A stretch of 64,000 nucleotides of DNA from Zygnema circumcarinatum SAG 698-1b (taxonomy: Eukaryota > Plantae > Zygnematophyceae). The stretch is from contig CM074804.1 in NCBI GenBank assembly GCA_037447605.1, forward strand, positions 620,001-684,000, given 5' to 3'. The position numbers and the translations under genes were made by a program. Under the pieces are notes generated by a model, which saw nothing but the letters and a program-made list of their open reading frames with translations, was not told the DNA's origin and did no database searches. Shown here piece by piece: positions 10,913-22,400 of the stretch (position 1 is its first letter; the number at the start of each line of letters is the position of its first letter).

Positions 10913-13114
10913 CGTTTTTGTCTGCAGGTCTCAAGCAGGAGTCACCGCCCAGGGAATCAATGCTGGAGATGGCAAGAAATTTTGCGATGCTGAAATTATC
11001 ACCTGGAATGAAACACTTATGCGAAAAAAGAAGGTGAAGAAACGCTCATGCTTGACCGCTTGCAATTTCAAGAATAATTCTACATTACAGTCGAGAACTG
11101 GTGCAGTCCACCTTATTAAATGCATAGCCTGGCCGCCAGCAGAATCTATTTTCTTTGTGTTGGAAGCGAACTCAGTAGTGAATACAGAACTGGCTTAGAA
11201 TTGATGTGTTTGCGTTTTATGTGCTCTACTCGCTAACGTGAAAGGGATGTCGGAGGCGAAGGTTCACATAATCTCGGAGGGTCTTACAAAGATTTTTGTT
11301 AGCGACTTCAATACCAATACCTATCTCTTATATTATGCAATGTTCTGCTGTTTCTCGAGAGTAAACTTGAAGATAATGTCATCAATTCTTTTTGTAATCT
11401 CAGGAAGAGGCAAGAGCGAATACGCATTGTAATAAGATCGCTGCAAAGTATACCAATGCTTCTCAGAATATTGTTATTTTCCTCTCCAGAGGTAAATTGA
11501 GTTTTTTAAAATTTATTGAAATCCTTTTTTTTTTCTTGCAGTTTGATCTTTTTGACGTGAGTTGTTATGTCTTTTGCAGAATGATGGACACATCATAGGA
11601 AATGAAGCTCTTAACAAATTATGTTTCCAGCATACCGTATTTTTAGTTACAGCCATGCTTTCATCGGTTAACACTGATTTTTTTTATTGTCGAGCATGCT
11701 CGCATTTGCTGAAGAAATTCACAACTCAATTCAGATTATTCTTGCGTAATACAACAACCGTATCTTAGAAATCTTGTAGCTCGTGCTTCAATCAGAGCTT
11801 GCATTGAAAAATTAATGTGTTTTGCTTATTCTCCTTTTGCTTTCCTGCAGCGAAAATCTGGCTTTTTGATAGGCTCTGGCAAGGTGCCGGCGAAGGAGGA
11901 GGAGTTGTCGGCAAGGGGAGGAGGGAGAGGAGGAGGGAGAGGAGGAGGGAGGGGGAGGAGTGGAGGTCGAGGAAGAGGTAGAAGTGCAAAGAGAGGAACA
12001 GCAAAAGTCGTGGAAGCAGAAGCAAAAGCAGAAGGAGAAGAAGAAGAAGGAGCAAAAGCTCCACCAACAACGGAACGGATGCCTGGGAACGGTCTAGCAG
12101 GACGGAGTGAGACTGACGGGAGAAAAGTTGAAACAAATGGCACCAATGCAGCAGAAAAGCATAAAGAGAATCGACATCGGCTGTAAGAAGACGTCGAGGT
12201 TTATCCTCCTACGGTTCCTGGAGACTTGAAAGGGCAATGAACATAAACTTCATGATTACCTCTGAGTTAAATACCGCAGTCACAGGCTTGTGTCCTTCAC
12301 TTAATTATTGACTATCATTGCATCCTAGCATTTTAATTGGATAATGCAGGCCTCCGAAAGGCTCCACGAACAAACAGAATCTGAACTTTGTGAAAAGCTG
12401 TTTGAAAATGGAAGGAGAGAAAGGTACGTGGGAAAATTCTTTAGCGGTAGCCATAAAGCGACCAGGTAAGCTGGAAGAAGATACTTACCGTTGTTTGACG
12501 TCACCCAAAAAGTTTCAAGTTTCCATCAAAATGTTTGTTATATCTCACGAATACTTAGGAACTAGGTTACTGTTGTTGGCGTTTTCATTTCCTAGTTACT
12601 TAGCTTCGTTTGTAATGCTTGCAGAACATGAAAACGTTGCCGATTCATTGCTGAATCAAATGAACTGCGTCCACTATGCATCCAGCTATTGGAGCAGCGT
12701 AACCAGCATGAAGAAGATGTGAAAATGGCAGAGATTTTTAAAAGGGCAGAGATTTCTAAGCTGGTGGAAGCAAAGGAAGCAAGTGATGCGAAGCTTGAGC
12801 AGGTAATTTAAGGTTAGGTCGTTTTTAAGGTTTTACGTTTTAGGTTTTGTTTTACGCTGGACTATTTAATGCTTGATTGTTGCTATGGCTTCTCCACGAC
12901 CAAAGGGCGAAATGGACATGTCCCCTGACATCCTTCATCCTTACAGGCGCACAGAACCATCAAGCTTTTGGAAGACGAGCCTTCGAACGAGCGGGACCGC
13001 ATCAAGCTTATAGAAGCTCAAAAGTTTAGAGACGCTCAGGACTTGCTCGACTGTGCTAGTGCTTTAGAGACAGTGAGAGCCTCTTGTCTAGCGGTACCAT
13101 CTAGCAGCACATAA
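10913..13114 (+). pseudogene. DMC1: Degenerate DMC1 5' duplicate (exon 2 start to exon 6 start) fused to RGG-rich and coiled-coil exons
   Basis: 10913 to about 11860 is homologous to DMC1 14081-15394 with most of exon 2 and intron 2 deleted. Many amino-acid changes ([35 protein letters not shown]); exon-4 acceptor lost; exon 1 absent. Continues as RKSGFLIG..RGGGRGGGR.. and phase-consistent exons 12350-12423, 12625-12802, 12947-13114, with stops at 12184-12186 and 12629-12631. Confidence 0.85.
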
Positions 13115-13385
13115 GGAGTCGATAATGCTGATCGCTGACAGGTCTCAACAACTTGGATAATTTTGAAGAGGGAGAAGGGGAAGTGCATGTTATGTGAAGG
13201 GCTGTCACCTTATCTGTTGAAGGCTTAAAGTGATTCAACAATGAAAGTCTGCTTTCTCTATTCCGCTGACGAATGACTACAACGGTGTGCATGCAATTTC
13301 ACGTTTTTGTTGGCTTCTAGTAAAACGAGGCAATGTGAAACCAGTCTTGCAGTAGATAAACTTGGACACCCCCAAGTTTGGAAAC

Positions 13386-13760
13386 CACGTGGAGCCGCTT
13401 TCACAGACGAGCTTTCCCCATCCAGCAGGAACACAAAACACACGTGGCGTGAAATCATTGGCCACGCAGTACACGTGCCATGCCCGTATTGGCCATGGTG
13501 TACACGTGGCATGTCGTCATTGGAGGGTGCATGACAAATAATTCGCAGTCAAAGCGCGCCCCCTTGAAGAGGAGTGTTTTTGTCAGCAAAAACACTTTTG
13601 TCAACACGTGGCGAGTCCTTACAGGACTCACAACCACGTGGCGTTTTTTCATTGGAAGGGAGCGGCCCCCGTTCGGCGTCGCCTGCCTCAGCAAACGATT
13701 GGGCGCGCGAAAAAATTGAACCCGCCGAGCGCGCTCGTTTCCGCGCCAAAAGGATATATT
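13386..13760 (+). promoter_or_regulatory. DMC1 promoter with six G-boxes (four CACGTGGC/ABRE type), two E2F-consensus sites and a TATA-like element
   Basis: CACGTG at 13386, 13441, 13472, 13503, 13605, 13635. GCGCGAAA at 13705-13712 and GCGCCAAA at 13743-13750 (reverse complements TTTCGCGC and TTTGGCGC fit TTTSSCGS). gatatattt at about 13753. Confidence 0.6.
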
Positions 13761-13773
13761 TGCCCTGCAAGGC

Positions 13774-13807
<34 letters not shown>

Positions 13808-13941
13808 CGAGGGACGCGGGCGAGAGCGAGGGCGAGGGCGAAGGAGGCTGTCTCAGAGCCTGCAAGCACCGAAGGCGCAGAGAAGGAATTATTTTTAGCT
13901 ATTCGTAAACTTCTTTTGAAGAGCTCCAGAAAGACGTCGCC

Positions 13942-16900
13942 ATGTATGCTCGTTCCCTCGCTTGAGCTTCCAGATTTTTTTCTTTCTGCCGCTGGTTTGA
14001 AAGCTCAGGCAGACTTTGGTACTGTTGAGGATTCCCTCATTTGCAGAAGGTGAAAAACCTTTGCTGATATCCCTTTCTCTCGCGTTTGTTTGCAGGTCTC
14101 AAGCAGTAGTAAGTTCCTCCCTGGAGGACCGTCAAGCATCAGATGTTCACGAGTCTGAAGAAGAAGAAGATTCATTTGAATCCATTGACAAACGTAAGTG
14201 GTCCTTCAGGTGCGAGTCAATGTTATTAGACTACGTGGAGTCTTTAAGTTAATTCAAGAAGATGCGTGCCTTTCGTAAGGATACAATCTATACACATCCT
14301 TCACAAGCTCTGCTTTGTGTTACAATTCATTGCGACTGTCCAGGTTGTGAAGTTGTGTGTGATCCTCAATTTTGATGTGCAAAACATGACGTTTCTTGCT
14401 TCTCTCCATTTCAAATCGACCTGCTGCAACCAATTACCTGACCAACGTTTGTTTGCACAGTCACCGCCCAGGGAATAAATGCTGGAGATGTAAAAAAACT
14501 GCAAGATGCTGGCATTTTCACCTGCAATGGCCTACTTATGCGAACAAAGAAGGTGAAGAAACGCTCATGCTTGACCGCTTGCAATTTCAAGAATAATTCT
14601 ACATGATAGTCGACCACTGGTGCAGTCCACCTTATTGAATACATAGCCTGGCCACCAGCAGAATCTATCTTCTTTGTGGTGGAGGCGAACTAACCAGTAG
14701 TGAATACAGAACTGGCTTAGAATTGATGTGTTTGCGTTATATGTGCAGGCACTCTGTAACGTGAAAGGGCTGTCGGAGGCGAAGGTTGACAAAATCGTGG
14801 AGGCGGCTGAGAAGCTTGTGGTAGCAATACCAATACTTGTCTTTTATATTTTGCAATGTTCTGCTGTTTCTCGAGTGAAATCTTGAAGATAATGTCATCA
14901 AGTTCTTATGTTGTCCCCTTTTTTATTTTGTAATCTTAAAACGATGCAAGAGCGAATACGCATTTTTATGGGATAGTTGAATGCTGCTCAGAATATTATT
15001 ATTTTACCCTCCTGAGGCAAATCAAGTTTTTTAAAATTTATTGAAGTACATTTTTTTCCTGCGGTTTGATCTTTTTGACGGGAGTTGCTATGTCTTTTGC
15101 AGAATCTTGGATACATCACAGGAAATGAAGCTCTTAACAAAGTATGTTTCCAGCATACCATATTTTTAGTTACAGCCATGCTTTCATCGGTTAACAGTGA
15201 TTTTTTTATCGTCAAGCATGCACGCATTTGCTGAAAAAAAATCTGAACTCATTTCAGATTATTCTTGCGTGATACTACAACCGTATCTTAGATATCTTGT
15301 ATCTCGTGCTTCAATCAGAGCTTGCCGGTAATTCAGCATTGAAAAATCACTTTGTTTTACCTTTCTCCTTTTGCTTTCCTGCAGCGAAAATCTGTTGTGC
15401 GCATCACAACTGGAAGCCAATCTCTTGACGAGCTCCTTGGCGGTGAGGACATTTTAAATTTGGACATCTATCAGTCAGTATGGATTATCTGTTGGACTTA
15501 CATTCGGCACTTCTTTAAAAAAACACTCACTATTATGTCCCCCCGTTACAATCATGTTATTGCAGGTGGTATCGAAACAATGGCTATTACGGAAGCCTTC
15601 GGGGAGTTCAGGTGATATTCCTCATCCATTAGGCTGAACGAGATATCTCCACTTCGTCGAAATAAAATTGGATATCCTGAGCAGATTGCAAAAGCACGAC
15701 TCACTTTCGTAGGCCAGCTGTGTCAATCGCTAGTGTTTTCTTTCATTTATAGGCTTTGAAAGCATGACAGTCCATGCCATTGAACGTTGTGCAGGACTGG
15801 GAAGACACAAATAGCGCATACTCTATGTGTATCAACCCAGGTACTTTCGGTTACCCAGCGGGCGCATTGTATTCCGCAAGGATCAAAGAGCAGTTGTTTT
15901 AGATGAACTTTACGGATGAAGGGTTAACTTATCATCCCTGATGAGTCCCTGATGAGATCATTTTCTGAATGCAGCTTCCCTTAAGCATGCACGGTGGAAA
16001 TGGGAAGGTAGCCTACATCGACACAGAAGGCACGTTGTATCCTCTCACACAAATGGGATTGTTGGCACCTCCAAACTTAGCAAGAAAACACAAGTTTCAT
16101 GATTCGAACAAGTAACGTCGATGTTTCCTTGACTTGCTTGTTCGACAGTCGACCAGATCGAATCATTCCAATTGCTGAAAGGTTTGGTCTGGATGCCAAC
16201 GCTGTTCTGGACAATGTGAGCAATCCCTTTTCACCACAGAACTGTTGTTCGCATTTTACAAAGGCTTGATTTCCTGGATTTTCTGGCCTTGTAATGCTAT
16301 ATAAGTAAGTAGCTACCTTCACCGCAATGCTTTTCTTGAACATGTAGGGTAAGCATGATGTCCTTCTCTTTCATATGATAATCTGTTTCTTGCCTGCGAA
16401 CCACTCCTGGATGACACATCTTTGTGCTAATTTCAGATCGTATATGCAAGGGCATACACTCATGAGCATCAATACAACCTGCTGGTCGCATTAGCAGCAA
16501 AGATGTCCGAGGAGCCTTTTCGGTTACTGGTAAGACTTTCCATAGTATAACGTTGGGTTTGCGAGGCTCTCGATTAGCCCGCTGTTCGATTAGCACTTTT
16601 CGCGATTGCAGGCATTCTTACGAGATATTAAAGCAGTTGGAGTTACCGTGTGTGCAACAGGTTGTGGATTCCATCACAGCCCTCTTTCGTGTGGACTTCT
16701 CAGGCCGAGGAGAGTTAGCAGAGCGTCAAGTACGTGTGCTAGTGTTGAATTCGTGATCAACGCTGAAAGATTGCAATTGCGTGTGCTTAATCAGAAGAAC
16801 TGATGCGATGCCAACCCATTCTTCATGTGGCTCTCTTCTTTTCTGCATGGAACTGGACTATATGGCAATGAAAAGAACGCACAAATGCATGTGGAAAGTA

Positions 16901-17562
16901 TGTGGAGACTTATGCAAAGTCGCTTTGGTGTCGCTGCAGCAAAAGCTGGCCCAAATGTTGTCCAGGCTCACAAAAATCGCGGAGGAGTTCAACGTTGCTG
17001 TCTACATGACCAACCAAGGTAAGGCATTGACGCGGAAGTCGTTGAAACCCTCGTGGAATGCAAGTCTTCTTAGAGTCTTCTTAGGAAATCGGTGGTGAAA
17101 CCTGCGTTAAATGTATACCTGAAACTATAGCTGGGATGGCCTTAATGTCACTTATTCGACAGGCCGAATAATTGCTCTGCTCTCTTTGCCAACTTTCCAG
17201 TGATTGCCGATCCTGGAGGAGGCACTTTTGTCACGGATCCAAAGAAACCTGCCGGAGGACATGTTCTTGCGCATGCTTCCACAATTCGCCTGATGCTACG
17301 GAAAGGCAAAGGGGAGCAGAGGATCTGTAAAATATACGACTCGCCCAGCCTTCCTGAAGCTGAGACAATATCCTTCTCAATTTCTTTGCAGAGCGATGTT
17401 TGTTGGATACTTGGAGTACTGCTCTTTGCTTGTGTTTATCTTGAGCTCCAATCTGCATTTCTTTGGCCAAGAAGACAAACAAGCACTTCTTTTGAGGTTG
17501 TACTTGACTTTTCACACACCTATCAGATTAGCAACGGAGGCATCATCGACGCAAAGGACTAA
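13942..17562 (+). CDS. DMC1: Meiotic recombinase DMC1, 344 aa, 15 exons
   Basis: join(13942..13943,14096..14193,14461..14552,14749..14820,15103..15141,15385..15442,15566..15611,15795..15840,15975..16036,16149..16215,16437..16529,16661..16729,16940..17018,17201..17367,17518..17562) = 1035 nt, open. Walker A GEFRTGKT, Walker B LLVVDS, and DMC1-type [44 protein letters not shown]. Confidence 0.97.
16037..16148 (+). other. U12-type GT-AG intron in DMC1 (intron 9)
   Basis: 5' site GTATCCTC; branch-site-like TTCCTTGAC close to the AG; no polypyrimidine tract. Splicing restores EGTF|RPDRI. Confidence 0.88.
17368..17517 (+). other. U12-type AT-AC intron in DMC1 (last intron)
   Basis: 5' site ATATCCTT; branch-site-like TACTTGAC about 9 nt before the terminal AC. 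Removal gives EAET|[14 protein letters not shown], the expected DMC1 C-terminus. Confidence 0.92.
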
Positions 17563-18289
17563 ATTTAAGGGACTTGACCACACGCTTTTTTATCAAGACT
17601 GGATTTTCACAATGTTTGAGTATGCCAAATATGACGCCTTACAGCACCAGTTGACGTACAGTACCAACTGTCTCAGTAGCTGGTACTCTTAGTAGGCTGA
17701 GGCCTTGGCTGAGTAAGGTACGGCACTGTCAAGTTGATTAGGTCACCAGGGAACTTCAACACTACAGGCTTTGGGATTATTGGGGTTTTGCTGAAGTGGC
17801 AGGCTGCTTGCATGTCAGAGATGTATATTCAAACACACTCCACTGAGGTGACTTTCGTTTCTGTGCATGGTAATGCTATTTTTTCACGGGTTTTTACTTT
17901 ATTTCTAGGCTAACGGCGGCTAGTTTTGACAGGTAGCTAGATGATGATCTTTTGATGGCAACCATGCGTGTGTCCTTTCGCCTACGATTCGAAGTTAGTC
18001 GGTGAAGAGTTCTGTTCGAGGTGCGTTGAGTTTGTTGTTGAGTTTTGCTTGTATGCTCTGTCTAGACAGCCATAGACCTGTCCTTGGCCTTGCGTCACAT
18101 GAGATGGGTAACCGCGTGGCAGTCAGGAAAAACGTACTGACTTCAGCTGTGTAACCGACTGACTATCTAACAGACTTCTCCCCTTTGCGCACCTCTCCTC
18201 ATCGAAAAGATCTGTCAGAAAGAACAACATGGGAATGAAGGTACCTGTCGGTCATCACCATCTCAATGGGCAGGAGAAAGTGGAGGGGA

Positions 18290-18835
18290 TAGAGGGAGAG
18301 AAAGGGGTCGTCAGAGTCGAATATGGGGGCAGATGGAGATAGCGAGGGAGGGAGAGGGAGGAGGAGACTGGCGGATAGGGACAGATGGAGAGTGACAGGT
18401 CGAGGGAGAGTGAGAGGGTAGGGGCAGGCAGAGGGGAAGAGAGAGAGTGGGCGGGGGGGGGGGGAAGGGAATAGGGGGAATAGGGGCAGCTGAGAGGGAG
18501 AGGCAGGGGAAGAGGGAGTGACAGGAAATACAGGTTGAGAGGGAGAGAGAGGATAGGGGCAAGTGGAGAGGGACAGGAAAAACAGAGGGAGTAGGGGCAG
18601 GTGGAGAGGGAGACAAGGGGAGGGAAACACACGGGATAGGAGCAGGTGTAGAGGGAGGGGGAGACGGGATAGGGGCAGGTGGAGTGGGGGAGCTAGGGAG
18701 GAAGGAGAGGGAAAGGAAGGGCGGTTCAGAAGGCATAGGAGCAGGTGGAGAGGGAGAAATAGAGAGAGAGGGAAAGGTCGAAGGTGAGAGACAGAGGGAG
18801 GGAAGCTAGCGGGAGAGGGAGAGGGTGAGGTGGGG
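18290..18835. repeat. Degenerate purine-rich (G/A) tandem repeat
   Basis: Recurrent units such as ataggggcaggtggagagggag. Almost no pyrimidines on the + strand. Confidence 0.8.
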
Positions 18836-19440
18836 GCAACATCCAATGACTAGTTTAGATTCATAATAACTTCCATCGCCCTCATCCACCCGCCTCCTAT
18901 CACACTTCCAAACAAGACCCAACGCACCAATTGTGTGCGAGGCACACCATAACTTTATTTCTTGGGAGGAGCTCCCAAGAGACTGTGCTGCCATCTAGCC
19001 CTCCCTCCCTCCCTCCCTCCCCACCTCTCTCCCTCCCTCCCTATGTCACCCTAACACTTGCAGGGGCCGGCAGAGAGCGCTATCTGGAGTGTGCATCGGC
19101 AGCACCACTCTCCTCCCGAACTTGTTAGTCCTGTCAGAAACTTCACCTCCTCAACTTGCTTGAGCGGAAGTTCTTTGCACATTTACACCTGGTCGTTGGC
19201 TGGACTTGAGTGGACTGGACGCTGCTCGTTCCGTGGCTTCCCAGATTTGCTGAGGACAAGACGCTGACTAATTTTTCGGCCGGTGCTGTCCCTGGGAAAA
19301 AAATGGTGGACAAATGTGAAGAGAGGCACTCTCCCTGCTGAGCCTCTAAAGCCGAACTCTGCCGTAAGCTGCCTACAAAAAAATTGCGAAGGCTAAGTTA
19401 AAACCACCGCTTAAAGGCTAAGTTAACCCATTTCGACCGG

Positions 19441-22400
19441 TTAAAGGACGGTGGCTGCATATGCCCGCTGCTTGAGAAGCTCTGAGCGTTGACTCTTCTT
19501 CATGGCCTCCACCAGCCACGTGACCCCCTCCCGCACTCCAGACCTGCAGTAGGGTTGAAGGAACGTGCATGGGCATGCAAGGTATGGAGGGAGAGAGGAA
19601 GGAGTCAAGACCAGGAGGTGGTATGGAGAGCGCGGATGGAGACTGCAGGGGGAAAGGCCGAGAGGGAGAGAGCAGAAGGAGAAAGAGAGAGCAATCCTCA
19701 AGCACAAGGGGAGGTTTTAGGGCCGGCTTACCCATCAAAGGCACAGACTTCCTTCACCATGCTCGGTCGCTCACTGAGCTCCTGCAGCTCAAAGTGATGC
19801 CACAGTTCGTTGGCTGTCAGGGCTCCGGGCAGATCCTGCAGCCACGCACACGCCAGGGTATGTGAACACAGCCGCTCACATCTCAGAAAGGAGACAGTCG
19901 AGAGGGTACAGGAGAGTTTCTCATGCACTCTCCCCCTGTTCCTGGGCTGCTGCTTGAATAACCTTCATAATGGAATGAAGCATGACACTACAGCAAGTAA
20001 TAACAATCTCAACACCAAACGACACCGGATTTCGGTTTTGGTTTGCTTGTACAAGACTGCAAGAGAGAATGGACCCTTGCATTCTTGCAAAACCATGGAA
20101 CCCTAAATTCCATTTTTTTTCCGTTTTTCCGTTACCCCTCAGATGAGTTTGGTTATGATACTGTTTAAAAGCATGCAACCAACAGAAGCAGCAATAGCCC
20201 CTCCCTCTGACTCTGCTTCTTCCTCTAACTCCCCTCTCCGTATCCTTCTGCTCTGCCTCGTGCCTCTGCCTCTCCTCTCTCCCACTCCTTCACTCCCTCT
20301 CCCCACTCCCCTCTTTCCCTCCCCCCCCCCCCTTTCCCTCCACGCCGAAGCGCGGCACCAAGCTATCCCCCCTCTCCCGTCGCCCGCTGTCTATGCCGTC
20401 GTCGTCTCTTTTCTATTCTCCTAAACAGTACAACATCATGGTAAGGCTCGACAAAGCCCACCTGTTTGTTTGCGAGAATAAGGATAGGAGCACCAAGAAG
20501 GTCTTCGTGTCTGAGAATTCTCTCTGCAGGCACAAACGCGGATAACACACAACAAAAAGTTTTGACTTCTTATTCTTTCGTAATTTCAGCGGCGCGATTC
20601 AGTCATTCCAAACAAACTTCAAGTACAGGTGGGTTGCTTCAGAATCGCTAAAATACAACTTCGTCTACACAGCCCCATCCGGCGGGAAGACGGCCTTATA
20701 GTCTGAAAATGCTTGTTCCGTCACTTCAAGTTCAGTCTAATAATTTTTCTTCGTGAAATGTCTCCGTCCATATGTTTAGGTCGAACTCTTATTCTTTGGA
20801 ACCCTAAAATCTGTCAAACACTTCCTTTATGCTGACAAAAGAGAACAGAAAATTCCATCAGGCCTGACAACCCAACCGACTCACTGATTCTGTCGTGCCT
20901 TTCCAATAAGAGGAGTCCAAATCGACTGCTTATTGCTACAATTCTGCTTTACACCAAAAAGGTCAATCCATCCACTTAATTTCAACACGGATGAAGCTAA
21001 ACATGCACAGAACACTAAGCTTTGTGTCACCTTCTTGCTGCTGCATTCACCGTAGTTCTTGTAAAGCAATTACATGACAACGTGATCCATGACGTATGGT
21101 GGCTACAAATTCCTTAAAAGCACCTCCGATGAAAGGTAGTGAAAGGAAGTAGATTCCCAACCCAGCAAGAAGCGAACCGGCAAAAATAACGAGGAGCGAG
21201 GACAAAGGAAGCCATATGAAGAGCAGCAGATCGGGAGGAAGGCAGCGGGAGGAAGGGAAAGAGACATATAGTGAGATAGAGATATAGAGGGCGAGAGAGA
21301 AAAAGCGAGGGGGAGCAAGAATGCGACGGTGAAGAGGGTAAACAGAGGAAGAGAAAGGAGAAAGAAAGGGGACAGATAAGAGAGAGAAATGGGGGGAAAT
21401 AGGAATGAGCTTGCATACCGAGTGCCCCTTTAGCATCCTCAAAGCGATTCAAGCCAGCAGCATCCACCACATATAGGACCGCATGCGCTTCCTCATAATA
21501 CTTCTCCCATATTGTTCGCAGCCCCAACTGCAGACGCCACACCCCATGTACGCCAGAGATTTTTCATGAAGGATTTTTCTTTTTTTAACAACAAGGTGGC
21601 TCATAAGACTGCAACTCTCCAGTCTATCCGCTGTCTGTGCTCCAACGCTACGCAGAATAGCATAGCTACGTTGACAACCTTGTGACTCCCTCTTAGGCAG
21701 AAACATACATATAGGAGAGTAGAGTCCTCTTAACTAAGAAAAACAATTAGAGACCACTACTATTGCAGCAGAACAAGGGCTCTAAAACTCCGCGGTACAT
21801 GGTTCAAGCAAAGGTACTTCCACAAAAGACTCGAAAAAATGCATTTGAAACTTGTGGGATGCAATATCAGCCACTAGATAAACAACATTGGCTAACCCCA
21901 ATGAGCTTCTTGTAGATTTACAGCCTTACCTGACCCCCAAGATCCCAGAAGATCAGTTTGGACTTATGTGCCTCCACGCGGCCAATATTAAGTCCCACAG
22001 TCGGAACAATCCGGTCAGGGGGGAGACCTTCGAAATCTGTATAGATGGTCTTCACCCTTTCCAGAAGTGTCTGTAACATTGTACAACAGGAAGACACCAA
22101 ATATTCATTGAAGTTAGTAAATGCATGATAGGAGTGAACAAAGCTACCGATGCAGAAAAGACTCACGATGAAAGTACACAGCTTAAGTGTTCAATGTCAA
22201 ACAGGTAAAGCACTAAAGGTAAGAGGCTAAAGTCAACATTGGTTCACTGACTACGAGGAACAACCTGAGCGACAGACTGCCACAAACATTATACTAAAGG
22301 GAAGCACAAAACAAGGCGGCTGTCCTTCTTTCCTTATTACAACTATAGAGGACAAGCAACAGGAACACCCAAAAAAAACGCCTTTCGGGACTGGTCTGAT

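Noticed and set aside
13946-14095. Alternative DMC1 start at ATG 13946 with a 46-nt intron (14050-14095)
   Set aside because: The intron would be far shorter than any other here, with a weak donor, and would add about 35 non-homologous residues. The AT|G model has a canonical gtatgc donor and gives the expected length.
13942-17562. RAD51 as the identity of the recombinase
   Set aside because: Acidic N-terminus ([13 protein letters not shown]), [31 protein letters not shown] and the 344-aa length fit DMC1.
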